A stretch of 63,736 nucleotides of DNA, filler included, from Octopus bimaculoides (lineage: Eukaryota): the NCBI RefSeq assembly GCF_001194135.2. It is 4 parts of 4 records of this genome, joined end to end, with 100 filler letters (N's around TTAATTAATTAA, not from the genome) between each part and the next. Parts side by side here need not be neighbours in the genome. Positions count along the whole stretch, not along the records: positions 1 to 25,741 come from NC_069003.1; 3 more parts are not named here. One strand, written 5' to 3'. Each line of letters opens with the position of its first letter. Position 1 is the stretch's first letter. This document shows positions 13,386-24,979 of this stretch, piece after piece. The notes beneath the pieces are model-generated. The model saw only the letters and a list, made by a program, of their open reading frames with translations. It did no database searches and had not been told where the DNA came from. The position numbers were made by a program, and so were the translations under genes.

Positions 13386-14065
13386 GAGTAGTAATTGATT
13401 ATTTAAATTAGAGGACTACTAAATAAATTAGTAGTGGATCTTTTTTAAACCGGGGGCCACATTTTTCATTAACGAAACACTTTGAAATTTGGAACACTGG
13501 TAGAATGTGTCATATAAAACATCTTTTTCTCTTCTTAAAAAAAAAAGAAATCCATAAATTATTCCATGTTAAAGTTGTCGTATTTCTGTAATTTCAACCA
13601 ATCACTGACGTCCATTCAGCCGATATACATTAAGTGCCGACTACATAAACAAACGATTCTGAAACAATTAACCCTAACCCTAACCCTAGGGTTAGGGTTA
13701 AAGCAAATTTAAAATGAAAAAAGCAAATAAAACGAAGGTATGGAGATTAAATACGCTTTACATCGCTTAATGAGCCAAAGGAGTAAATGTAAACAACTGA
13801 ATACTTGTCAGTGATTGGTTGAAATTATCGAAATAAGACAATTTTTTACATGAAATAAATTCGAATACAAAAATATTTTTCTGTTCTATAACACAAAATA
13901 GATAAGTATACGAAGTTTGAAAGTCTTTACGTACCAAAAACACTACGTAAAACATTAATGAAAAATGTGGCCCCCGTTTTAAAAAAGATCCTTAGTAGTA
14001 ATTGATTATTTAAATTAGTGGACTACTAATTAAATTAGTAGTAATTGATTATTTAAATTAGTGGA
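13386..14065. repeat. Short tandem array of about 45 bp (TAGTAGTAATTGATTATTTAAATTAGTGGACTACTAA...) interrupted by the MITE
   Basis: About 3 units seen, split between the two sides of the insertion. Confidence 0.7.
13436..13991. mobile_element. Merlin-like MITE, copy 2 (556 bp, opposite orientation to copy 1)
   Basis: Same 37-bp TIRs; 8-bp TSD TTAGTAGT at 13428-13435 and 13992-13999; internal (TAACCC)3TAGGGTTAGGGTTA. Confidence 0.85.
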
Positions 14066-14097
14066 CATGTGCCAGAGCTCACTGCAACCTGACAGGT

Positions 14098-14310
14098 CTC
14101 TTTTACTTGCTTCAGTCCTTGGATTGTGGTCATGCTGGAGCACCACCTTTTAGTTGAGCAAATCAATCCCAGGACTTATTCTTTATAAGCCTAGTACTTA
14201 TTCTATCGGTCTCTTTTGCCGAACCGCTAAGTTATGGGGATGTAAACACATCACCATTAGTTGTCAAGCAATGTTGGGGGGGGGACAAACAGACACACAC
14301 ACATACATAT
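14098..14310 (-). mobile_element. SINE family B, 3' half
   Basis: Matches the 3' part of full copies (...GGTGCTCCAGCATGGCCGCAGTCAAATGACTGAAACAAGTAAAAGAG). Confidence 0.8.
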
Positions 14311-14315
14311 ATATA

Positions 14316-15734
14316 TAAAATATTAGTTATAGAATAAAAACATTAGGTTAACGACTCAACATATCACACTCCCTCAATTAACATATATAAGAAATCCAAC
14401 ATAATCCACCAAACATAAGGAATAAAAAGATATAAAAATAACGTAAGAAAAATAAAATAAATAAAAGAATAAGAAATATATGAGAAGTAAGATGCAAGAT
14501 ATAGAACATATGATATAAAAATTTACACACAAATATATATTTTCAACCGATACCATACAAATAAATTAAGAATAATAAATTTGAGTTAAGGTATAACATA
14601 ATATACATATATATCATTTCGTAAAAGTTCCAAATCAAGTTAAAGTTAAAATTGATACGATTAAAAATTCAAATATATAATATAGATCGATATAAAATTA
14701 AATAAAGAAATGAGGTAAAACAGAATAGTCTATTGGTTAAAAATGAATGACAAAACTTTAAAATGATTTAACATTATTTAGAGTTAAAATATAAAGTTCT
14801 ATACTTCCCTTGGGTATACTTTATAATTTAAAAACAGCAGACATCAATAGGTAAGTCTGTATCAAGTTTAGTATACACAAGGGATCACAAAAACATGGGT
14901 CAAAGGTGAATACAGGCACTAAGCATGTAAAATCCATATCTACTCACCATGTTCAAAAGTTCACAAAACACATGGGTCAAAAGACAAATACAGCACCCAG
15001 TAGGTAAAATCCATTTGAACCACCATTTATAAGAGTTCACAAAAAACATGGGTCAAAAAACAAATACAACACCTATGGCCATTTCAGGGGTACACCACTG
15101 TATTCTAAACAGAATAGAGTGCAAACTGGTGATGACCCATCCTCGTCAGGGTAAAATTACACACAAATGTCAAGACATGCAAAAAGGGAAAAATTATTTT
15201 TAATCTAAGAGCAAATTTATATAGTCAATATGGACCAGCCAGAGACAAGCCTATGCAAATAATGGAAGGAAAAAAAAAAAAACTATTTTAGAATAGTCAA
15301 ACAGGCTGCAGGATCTAACTCAATCTTCCAGGTTTCAAATCGTCCTAACGTAAACTATTACACTTGTTACTATCTATTGTTTTTATATTTATTTTTGTTT
15401 CTATATAGTTTCAAGAAGGTGGAGGAAAACTTATGGTTGCAGAAGGGGATTACTTCAGTGAACTTATTTAAGGTTTTAGGTCCAAAAGACCTGAGTATTG
15501 CAAGGGATTCCCTAATACACAATGAGCATTTACTAATATCTGCCTTAAAGTAAGGGGCTCTCGATATAATCGCCCATTCAAGAGAGTACTTTTTATTCTT
15601 CTTGTTGAGGTCATGTAGATAAGAGGCGAGTGTATGTTTGATGGATTATGTTGTGTTTCTTATATATGTTAATTGAGGCAGTGTGATATGTTGAGTCGTT
15701 AACCTAACGTTTTTATTCTATAACTAATATTTTA
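14316..15734 (-). mobile_element. 5'-truncated Penelope-like element with terminal inverted repeat of about 95 bp
   Basis: 15645 to 15370 is a stop-free 92-codon frame: SIKHTLASYLHDLNKKNKKYSLEWAIISRAPYFKADISKCSLCIRESLAILRSFGPKTLNKFTEVIPFCNHKFSSTF...*. This matches the PLE GIY-YIG C-terminus (TxLSxYxWxL..W.I..A.PY....CxLC..E...LNKxxE...CxH). Arms 14316-14410 and 15640-15734 are inverted. Confidence 0.8.
15070..15153 (-). ncRNA. Type I hammerhead ribozyme motif in the PLE 3' region
   Basis: Stem I UACC; core CUGACGA (15149-15143); 57-nt stem II region; GAAA (15085-15082); palindromic stem III AUGGCCAU; cleavage triplet AUA; stem I' GGUG. Confidence 0.7.
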
Positions 15735-16920
15735 CTCTTGTCTCAATTATTCTGAGCACTTCTCCTTGCAGCCCTGTATAAAATCTATTAGTTTCCTAAT
15801 AAGAAACTATTAATATTNNNNNNNNNNNNNNNNNNNNNNNNNNNNNNNNNNNNNNNNNNNNNNNNNNNNNNNNNNNNNNNNNNNNNNNNNNNNNNNNNNN
15901 NNNNNNNNNNNNNNNNNNNNNNNNNNNNNNNNNNNNNNNNNNNNNNNNNNNNNNNNNNNNNNNNNNNNNNNNNNNNNNNNNNNNNNNNNNNNNNNNNNNN
16001 NNNNNNNNNNNNNNNNNNNNNNNNNNNNNNNNNNNNNNNNNNNNNNNNNNNNNNNNNNNNNNNNNNNNNNNNNNNNNNNNNNNNNNNNNNNNNNNNNNNN
16101 NNNNNNNNNNNNNNNNNNNNNNCAACCAAATCTTTGGAGGTGAGATACATTGAATGCACAAAAAAAAAAAATTATTTCACACCAATGTTACGAATAGTTC
16201 TTTTATGAAATATTTACCATATTTTAAAAGTCATTTTCACTTTAAAATACTTTTAAAATATTGTGTTTAACAAAATCGAAAATAGAAACATTTACTGTGA
16301 AAAAGAAATTGTATTCTTTCGTTGTCAAAAGTCCGTGTCTAATTGAAAGAATTTCGGAGACAAAAACAGTACAAAAGCCTCTCCTCCTCCGTATGTAAAT
16401 ATCTGCCACTAAAACTTAGCTGTGATGTCTCAAAAAACTTTGTGATTTAATAAATATAGATCAATATAACAAGAACCCAACTGAAATCAGGTGAGTCCAT
16501 CCATGCACTCTGCTCCTTAAACCAAATCTTTCTTTCCTTGAATAAGAGAAGGAGTTACAATTTCACAGCTAATCCTTTGTGCATGTTACAGGTCTTGTTC
16601 TGAGCTGACCTGGGGTTATACAAGGAAAGACACGTCCTATTTTTCCTACCTACACTATTAAGAAAAGAATGATGCATGATGAAGGATGAGATGATTTTTT
16701 TATTACAGGTATGTTTGCCAGGTCAAGGAAGATCTGAAACTAAACAACAAAAACATGCAATAGAATAGTATAGAACCCAATTGAAAGGATGCACTCTCTC
16801 TCTCTCTCATTCATTTCTTGCCATGAAGCCAGAGCTAAGCACTGCCTCAATGAATCTCTCGGGTTCTTCTTAACATATTTACAGACAACTAGAATACAAT
16901 ATTACTTTAAAACAAAATAA

Positions 16921-16926
16921 TTTATT
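16921..16926 (-). terminator. Candidate INTS9 polyadenylation signal AATAAA
   Basis: First AATAAA on the minus strand, about 87 nt after the stop codon. Hexamer only, in AT-rich DNA. Confidence 0.4.
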
Positions 16927-17012
16927 ATAAATGATTCGTGTAAAGTTTTAATGGTTTTATGAAAAAACAAAAAAAATGTGAAATGATGCATGAAAGAGGG
17001 AGAGTGTTTAAT

Positions 17013-17132
17013 TTAAAACTTGGACAAACATTTCAGTAATGTGTCTCGGATCTTTATGCGAATCGGCTCATTTCCTTCACAGATGATATGGGTTGATTCT
17101 GGCTCGATTTGTATGAGGGTATCTTCATTAGG
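17013..17132 (-). CDS. INTS9: INTS9 last coding exon (120 nt including TAA)
   Basis: ttgtag|CCT...TTT TAA. Encodes PNEDTLIQIEPESTHIICEGNEPIRIKIRDTLLKCLSKF*; human has [39 protein letters not shown]. Confidence 0.95.
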   Translation of the reverse strand, partial: PNEDTLIQIEPESTHIICEGNEPIRIKIRDTLLKCLSKF

Positions 17133-18251
17133 CTACAAAACAAACAGCATGAACACACTATACAGAAACATTAAAGAAAGGACTACTCGAGTTAAAATTG
17201 ATTTCTAAGAGAGACACTAAGGCCACAAATTTCATGCGAGTGCACAGGAGTCTCTGTTAGTAAATCTATATAATTAGTAAGTCTATATTTTAATGCTTCT
17301 CATCTCAAAGATGAAAAGCAACGTTGACCTTGATGGTATCTGAGTTCAGACACTCAAAGGAACTGTAACTAATTTATGTCTGCAGAGTATTATGTCCAAA
17401 AAATAAAATTAGTAATAGAAGTTAAGGTAGTTTGCTAGCAGATAAAATACAGCAAGCCCCAGAATACATCAACTGCACCTTGGTTTGAACTTCAAATGCT
17501 TAGGATGGCATCTTTGGTTGAGAAAACATGTAAAGCAGTAGACAGTGGTTTTCTTCAACTATTTTTTAACTTATTTTTCTAGCTTTGTCAGTTGTTAAGG
17601 TCACTTCACAACTGTATTGTCTGAGGTTTGATCCCAGAACACAGCCCCTTGGGCAAGTGTAATCTTACAGATTGATCAATGCCTTATGAGTGGAATTTAG
17701 GAGACAGAAACTGAGTAGAAGCCTCTCGAGTGTGTGTGTGCATATATATCAATGTGATATGAATATCTTAGATTTAGGAAAGGTACAAAGGCTTAGCAAC
17801 AGGAAGGGGATCCATCTGTAAGACCACAGCCTCAGAAAAACTGTTTAACCCATGCCAGCATTGAAAATCAAATGCAAAGCAATGATGATGATGATGATTT
17901 ATCTAGATACATCTTTCACCACTGTAAATATGAGCCATATTACCAAAATTTGATGCTTTCAAAGAAAAATACTTTGAGGTAATTGATTCACCTAAGTTGC
18001 ACATCTCACCATCAAAAATACAATGAAGCAGAGATTGAGTTCTTCAATTCTTGTAACTGACAAAGCTTTTGCTCACAAGTTACAATATGTTTTGAAAATA
18101 GATAAACAAAATAACTTAATAGAGTGTATAAAACTCAAACTTTTCCAATCCTTTTCCTTGTGAAATAAGAACACATACAGACAGATGGTTGTTGTTGTTG
18201 TACAATCAAACTGTAAAATTCCGTTAAGCAGTAGAAAAATAAATGATTTAC

Positions 18252-18308
18252 CAAATGTATAATGGAACCATCTCCAGCCTCTTCCAACTTCACATCTGTA
18301 ATTCCATT
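18252..18308 (-). CDS. INTS9: INTS9 coding exon (57 nt)
   Basis: ttccag|AAT...TTG|gtaaat. Encodes NGITDVKLEEAGDGSIIHL; human has HGFSDIKVEDTAKGHIVLL. Confidence 0.9.
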
Positions 18309-19972
18309 CTGGAAGATTAAATTTTTTAAATGGATAAGGGGGTAAACACACTAATATAAAAGAATAATAAAATATACACATTTCAATGATTTGTTTTACA
18401 TTGTTCACTCCAAGTGATCTATGATCAACCTAAACTATAAAGAAAACTGCTCCAGCCATGACCATCCTAACATTTTTTTTTCAGATACTTATCTTAGGAC
18501 TACATTCTCTAACATTATCATAATTTCTTCTAAGACAGTCAAGTGAAATTTGGTTGCTATTGCTAGCAAATTGTGTGACCATATAGAAGTCCCTTCGTTA
18601 GCTGGCGTGGACTCACTGAAACATAACATGGTCCATGTCTTATTACTGGTACTGCACTTTGCAAAGATAGTCTTTCTTTTTTTTACTCAAGAAGGAAGGA
18701 TAACATTTATGAAACTTTGGNNNNNNNNNNNNNNNNNNNNNGGGGGGGGTTCTAGGACAAACGTGAGGGAGTTCTCAGCCGGCCAGCAGCCCGGCCTATA
18801 TGCTTCAATAGGGTATGTATGCCAATTAAGGTGCCCAAAGGCCAGATTGTGGTGTTAGGTTGGGCAACAGATTAAGTTTACCAAGCAAGAATAGGAAGAG
18901 TGCTCTTCAGAGAACTTCTACATGGGTTGTGACCACCAAATTTCTTACATCAGGCTTTACTGGACCTGAGACTAAGGCAGAGATTCTTTGCCCAAATTAT
19001 TACAGAGAGGGTTGAATCTCAAAACCTTGTCATTTCAAAGCAAACTAATAAACCAACATAGCCAGACATGTGCCATAGAATTTCAACTTTTCCAGTTTTG
19101 ATAACATTAAAAGGATGAGACACCCATCCCCAAAATGACAACTACTCCTCAGAAGAGTTTTAGAGTGACCATGAATGAGGTTTAAGACATTTGGAGTCTT
19201 CCTACGAGAGATAGAAATGAAGAATAAACCGGTTTTTACACTTATCAGTAGCATGATTAAAATAAAAAAATAAAGATAAAGGCTTTCATATAATATTCTT
19301 TAAATATATTCAAACAATGGCTTATTCAAGAAAAAACAGCCTCAGATTACTGGAAATTATGAACTTGTCAGTTATAATATATTAAAGAATACACTGTATC
19401 TGTATATGAAGTTTGTAATTGATCATGTCTCAGTGAATCCACAAAAATTTTATACACACACAATGTGTGTGTGTGTGTGTTCTGATTATTTTGCCACTGC
19501 CACCACCACTGCAGCAAACATATCAACAAAGAAACCACTATGTTGTATCATGATCTGCTAAAAGTACATAAATCACTTCCAAATCCCATCATGCCCTTCT
19601 AGGTAAGAACGTGCAGAATAACCTGTTTCTGAGTACAGTCTGCCTTCCAAAAATAAAAAAAAAAATAAAAAAAGATCAATGACCAAATTTTCTTCAAGGT
19701 ACAAAAAAAAAGGAAACATTTATTAATGTAATTTAAGATACCCTATGCCTGAAGAAAAGATACGTCATGGCTGAAAGGCTTATGACAATAGGCCTAGGGC
19801 AAAACAATGATCTGCATAAATGTGGTACAAGACAGACAGACATTTTCCATTGATTGCCAAAGGATATGTCTTTCAAATACCTGGGGCTTATTATTTTCTT
19901 ACAGGAATATTGTGAACGTTGGAAGTTTATATTTCACAGGTACTTTAAAGAGAATACAATAAAGATATTAAC

Positions 19973-20083
19973 CTCAGTCAAAGCATCTACAAATCTCTTA
20001 ATGTTAAGAGTTCCCCAGAGGTAACTGAGGGCTGCACCACTAGTCTTCAGCTTCTTTTTTACTGCTACATCATCTGGTATAGG
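19973..20083 (-). CDS. INTS9: INTS9 coding exon (111 nt)
   Basis: tctcag|CCT...GAG|gttaat. Encodes PIPDDVAVKKKLKTSGAALSYLWGTLNIKRFVDALTE, with the basic patch and GxxxxxxFVxxL seen in human ...KKRKR...LSGSIPVEQFVQTLEK. Confidence 0.88.
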
Positions 20084-20194
20084 CTGAGACAAAAAACAAA
20101 ACATAAAGGAAATAATTACAAAAAAAAAACAAGACAGAAGAGTAAAAATCAAACAACAAAACTGCGTTAGTGAATTTTCCTTAAGACAAAGGCA

Positions 20195-21700
20195 ATCATC
20201 ATCATCGTTTAACATCCATTTTCCGTGCTGGCATGGGTTGGACGGTTTGACTGAGGGCTGGCAAGCCAGAAGGCTGCACCAGGCAATAATCCGATCTGGC
20301 AATGTTTCTACAGCTGGATGCCCTTCTTAACATCAACCACTCCAAGAGTGTAGTGGGTGCTTTTTACATGCTACCGGCACAGGGGCCAGTCAAGTGGTAC
20401 TGGCATCAGCCATGCTTTTTACGTACCATGGGTACAGGATCAGTCAGCCAGCACTAGCATCGACCACACTCGAATGGTGCATTTTACGTGCCACCAGCAT
20501 GGGTACCAATCAAGTGGTACTGTAATCGGTCACAAAGATTTCACTGGCCTCACCAGGTCTTCGCAAGCACAGTTTATTGCCCAGTGATTGAAGGGTACTC
20601 TTAAACGGGCCGGTTATGCTGCACTGGCATAGGCCACGGATTATGGTCTCACTTGGTTTGCCTGGTCTTCTCAAGCACAGCATATTTCCAAAGGTCTTGG
20701 GCACTTGTCATTGCCTCCATGAAGCCCAACGTTTGAAGGTCGTACTTCACCATCTCATCCCAGGTCTTCCTGGGTCTACCTCTTCCACAGGTTCCCTCCA
20801 CTTTTAGGGTGTGACACTTTTTTGCACAGCTATCCTCATCCATTCGTACCACATGACCATACCAGCACAGTCATCTCTCTTGCACCCCACATCTGATGCT
20901 TCTTAGGTCCAACTTTTCTCTCAAGGTGCTTACAATCTGTCATGTATGCACACTGACATTACACATCCAATGGATCATACTAGCTTCATTCCTTGCAAGC
21001 TTACACATGTCCTCAGCAGTCACAGCCCATGTTTCACTGCCATGTAGCATGGCTGTTTGCATACATGCGTCATAGTCTACCTTTTATTCTGAGCGAGAGG
21101 CCCTTTGTCACCAGCAGAGGTAGGAGCTCTCTGAACTTTGCCCAGGCTATTCTTATTCTAGCATTCACCCTCGCTACTGACTTGATCACCTAGGTAACAG
21201 AAGCTATCGGCTCCTTCTAGTTCTACCCCCTGTCATGTGACTGAAGTTGCCTTCTGCACATTTTCAGTGTTTATTGCTCCTGTGCATTTGCCACATACAA
21301 AAACTATCTTCCTAGTTAGCCTTCCTTTGATATTGCTGCACCTCTTATGTGTCCATAGCTTACACCAGGTACATCTTATGGAGTTTCTATCAATGCCTTT
21401 TCTACAGATCAAGCAGGGCCATCTACCTGAAGGGGTTTGTGATTTGTCTGCCTTCCTACTTATTAAGACTTTGGTTTTAGCTAGGTTGACTCTAAGGCCC
21501 TTCGATTCCAGGCCTCGCTTCCACACCTGAAACTTCTCCTCTAGTTCTGATAGTGACTCATCTATTAGAGCAAGGTCATCAGCAAAGAGAAGCTCCCAGG
21601 GGTATCTTGTCTTGAATTCCTCTGTTATTGCTTGGAGGACTGTGATGACTAAGAGGGGGCTGACGACTGATCCTTACTCTGGGTTCATCTGGCCTCTGGA
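20195..21700 (-). mobile_element. RTE-type LINE 3' part (RT C-terminus, PHD-like finger, 3' UTR, (GAT)n tail) in an INTS9 intron
   Basis: PWELLFADDLAL (YADD motif), GLRVNLAKTKV, then CLIC..CTWC..HKRC..CGKC, then GRGRPRKTW. Frameshifts and stops present. Confidence 0.9.
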
Positions 21701-21884
21701 CAGGTCCTATTTTTGTCTTATTGGAGTCTAGCAACCCTAGCCTGGGGATGACAGTTTAGTTGCCAATGATCTAACCATATAATTGGTTGTACATGTTGCC
21801 AACAGCAACCTGAAATAGACATAATAGTACACAATACATGTGCATATGCAACACACATGCAGGGACACAAGACAATTTACAAAC

Positions 21885-21983
21885 CTCTAAGACATTTTTA
21901 TTATCTTTTCCCATGATGCATCCTGTAACCATGGTGATCAAAGATCCTGGTTTTACTTCCACTGGTTCCAAGGTTGATGCCAA
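21885..21983 (-). CDS. INTS9: INTS9 coding exon (99 nt)
   Basis: ttgtag|TTG...GAG|gtttgt. Encodes LASTLEPVEVKPGSLITMVTGCIMGKDNKNVLE; human has [33 protein letters not shown]. Confidence 0.93.
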
Positions 21984-22581
21984 CTACAATTAAAAAACAA
22001 AAAAAGGTTAGAATATAAAAAGGATGGCCTTTTGGAAGAAATGAGTGTATAATTTTGTATACATACACAAGTGTGTGAGTGTATGAATCTTGCTCACACA
22101 CATACCTACAAGTCTGTATGTGTTTGTTTTAAGTCAGTGAGACTAAGGTAAAACTTAGCTATCCAATAAATAAAGATCAATGAAATCAGTACCAAAGAGT
22201 TAGGATCAATATAATTAAATAAAACCCTTGAAGGCAAGAGCTCTAAGCATGGCTGCATTTCTACGATTGAAACCAATAAAAGAATAAAAGAGGTCTCCAT
22301 TTGTTGATATGATGTGGGTGGGTTTGTTCCACAATGACATGGTTGTTCCAACTGAATATGACTTTTGCAAAAAATAGCATACAATGAGATCTCAGAACTA
22401 TGTGATTGTGAAGGAAATTTCTTAATGGATATAGCTATAGCTTGTTCCCATTCGAAGTATTTAAAGAGGTGAATGCCAGTAACATACATACAATCTCTTC
22501 TTTTTACAACTGTATTGAAGCAAGAATATTATTATTATTATTATTATTAAGAAACTATTTTGACTCTTGTTAAAGATTTAC

Positions 22582-22668
22582 CCGTGGATGTATTTCAATT
22601 CTTTCAAATTGTCTCTTCACTGGCAGAGAAAGTATTTCTCCTCTCTTGTACGTCAGTGGAGCTGGTTC
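22582..22668 (-). CDS. INTS9: INTS9 coding exon (87 nt)
   Basis: ttctag|GAA...CGG|gtaaat. Encodes EPAPLTYKRGEILSLPVKRQFERIEIHPR; human has [29 protein letters not shown]. Not in the supplied ORF track. Confidence 0.93.
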
Positions 22669-22813
22669 CTAGAAAACAACATTGAAGAAGATTATGAGAA
22701 AAAAAAAAAGAAACAGAAAAGGAAGGAGGGAAGAGAAAGAAAGAATATGAATTTTACTATTCAACGTGTAAAGCTGTATAATGCAAATACACACACATAC
22801 ACTGTAATCTAGT

Positions 22814-22852
<39 letters not shown>

Positions 22853-23063
22853 AACACACACGCCTCAGTGAAGCTGGTTGCTGAGAGATAACATTAAGGA
22901 AGATTGAGTAAAAGATGCTGAATAGAAAAGAATATAAAACATAAAAGGATGGAAAGGAAAAAATTAAGAAAATACATTAAGAGACGAACAGTTTGGCAGA
23001 GCTGTGAATCAGACTTCAAGTTTATTTGAAAATTAATTATGGAAACAAATTTTTTTCAATTAC

Positions 23064-23213
23064 CCATTCAATAGTTAAGTCTGTCCGCATGGGTGCTACA
23101 TGAGGTGGAGTGATGTAGTCTTCAGCCAACACCAGGTGAAGGGGTCTCAAGTCCTTAATCAGTTTATTGGCTTGACTGAAGCTTAAGCTAATATCAATTG
23201 GGCAGTAACAGAC
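23064..23213 (-). CDS. INTS9: INTS9 coding exon (150 nt)
   Basis: ttgaag|GTC...TGG|gtaatt. Encodes VCYCPIDISLSFSQANKLIKDLRPLHLVLAEDYITPPHVAPMRTDLTIEW; human has [28 protein letters not shown]... Confidence 0.95.
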
Positions 23214-23606
23214 CTTCAAGAACAAAAAATTAAGACAAATTTCAAAATGCAGAATTTCATATAAATAAATAAGTGATTTATAACAAAGGAACTGGGGCAC
23301 AAATTTAGAGGTGCATACAGTCAATTAAGATTCATCGATACTAATTTTATCAACCTCCAGAATTTAACAACAACACAACATCTGATCTCTGCTTTCCTCT
23401 CAAACAGAGTACAAGAGAAAAAAAGAAATAAATCCGGTCAAGTGAGATTGAGTGGAGGCTTTTGGCGTAAAAGCCAAGAGAACCTAAAAGAATGGAAGAG
23501 AGAGCATGTCAGTGGAGCTTATCAATTAGAAACACAAAGTTTAAATAAGACATTGAATACTTTGCATCGAAATTTAAGAAAGAAACAGTAATAAACAAAA
23601 ACTCAC

Positions 23607-23662
23607 TCTCATTGCCAATGGCTGGTAAGGTGCCAGAGCTTCTAAATATGGAAAATCTGGTT
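23607..23662 (-). CDS. INTS9: INTS9 coding exon (56 nt)
   Basis: tttcag|AA...AGA|gtgagt. Encodes (E)PDFPYLEALAPYQPLAMR; human has EPDFSYLEALAPYQPLAMK. Confidence 0.97.
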
Positions 23663-24049
23663 CTGAAATATTACAGACAATATAAAGCATTGATGTAAGA
23701 CTGTTAGTAATTGTTGGTGCGAGTGCTGCTCTTGTTTTTAACTTCAGGTCAGTTCTCATCAAGCAGACTTATGAACAAAAGCATTCTAACCATGAACAGC
23801 TTGTCCTTTTCTCCTTATCTCTTCACACTCTTATGGAACATCCCCCTCTATCCCCTCTGTACTACTTATACTCCCCCACCTCCAATGTTCCCTGTGGGTA
23901 GGCCCCCCAATACATCTCCAACACCATTTATTTCTCTCTCTATCTTTCTTTCTAACTCTTTCCCACCTTCCTCGTCCTACTGGGGTAGTCTATCTCCCCA
24001 ACGATAACACAACTATCCCTATCCTTCTATTATACACTAAGCTCTTGCC

Positions 24050-24280
24050 TGGCACAAAGCCCCTTTCCTCGGTTCTATGAGATCTTTGTCTTGTATGTTA
24101 CTTAGTGACCCTGCACGTATTGGCTGCACATAAAAAGCACCCAGTACACTATGTAGAAAGGCTGGTATTAGGTAGGGTGTCAAGCCATAGAAACCATGCC
24201 AAAACAAGAAATCGGAGCTTGGTGAAGCTCTCCAACTTGCTAGCACTCATCAAACTGTCCAACCCATATCGTTTTAATCC
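24050..24280 (+). mobile_element. Degenerate RTE 3' UTR fragment
   Basis: Similar to the 3' UTR at 20195-20500 and 52590-52945. Confidence 0.55.
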
Positions 24281-24570
24281 ACTTGCATAGTATCTTAGTC
24301 AAATGGCTTTTATCATAGCCCAAAGTCAATATCTTATGAGTTAAGCGACATCAGAAGGATTGTTTCTGCTTTGTTGTAATTGGTAGACTTAAACTATTAC
24401 TTAGTTTATCACCATCCAGTCCTACTGCAAGCATTTAAGCCAGGTATGCAAGCTGAGCATAACTACTCCCTTCTACGAAATTCTGAGGCCCTGAAAATAA
24501 TCAGAGGCACTGCCCTTCCTCTTCTCACTAATCATTAAAATATGGAAAAAGTTTGATTACTTAAACTTAC

Positions 24571-24699
24571 CTGTGAACATAACAGCATTTGCAGAAGATT
24601 TGCCCCACAGCTCCAAGAAATGTACCACATCTCCCATACGTAGAGACGGATGTCCAGCAAAAACAATGCATGGAGATTTGAAAGAATTACTCAAACCAC
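24571..24699 (-). CDS. INTS9: INTS9 coding exon (129 nt, beta-CASP region)
   Basis: ttttag|GT...ACA G|gtaagt. Encodes [42 protein letters not shown]; human has [42 protein letters not shown]. Confidence 0.97.
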
Positions 24700-24979
24700 C
24701 TAAAAAATAATAAAAAAAAAATATGAAGGAATAATTTAAGGAGGACACATGTATACATATTTTGATATAGAATAAGACGACACACACATATAAAATGGGC
24801 TTTCTCATATTTTCTATCAACTAAACGTCACTTAAGAGACATTGAATAACAGAAAGCGGCGGGAATGAACCTGGAACCACATGCAGTTAAGAAGTTACAA
24901 AACAAAAAACCAAATCCTTCTTAATCACACAGCCATAGCCATGTCGTAAAGAGTCAAATTTAAATTGTTTCAGGACATC

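Noticed and set aside
13669-13700. TTAGGG repeats as a telomere or chromosome fusion scar
   Set aside because: They lie inside a TIR/TSD-bounded element present twice; they belong to the MITE.
17020-17208. Plus-strand ORF MDKHFSNV...
   Set aside because: It is the antisense shadow of the INTS9 last exon.
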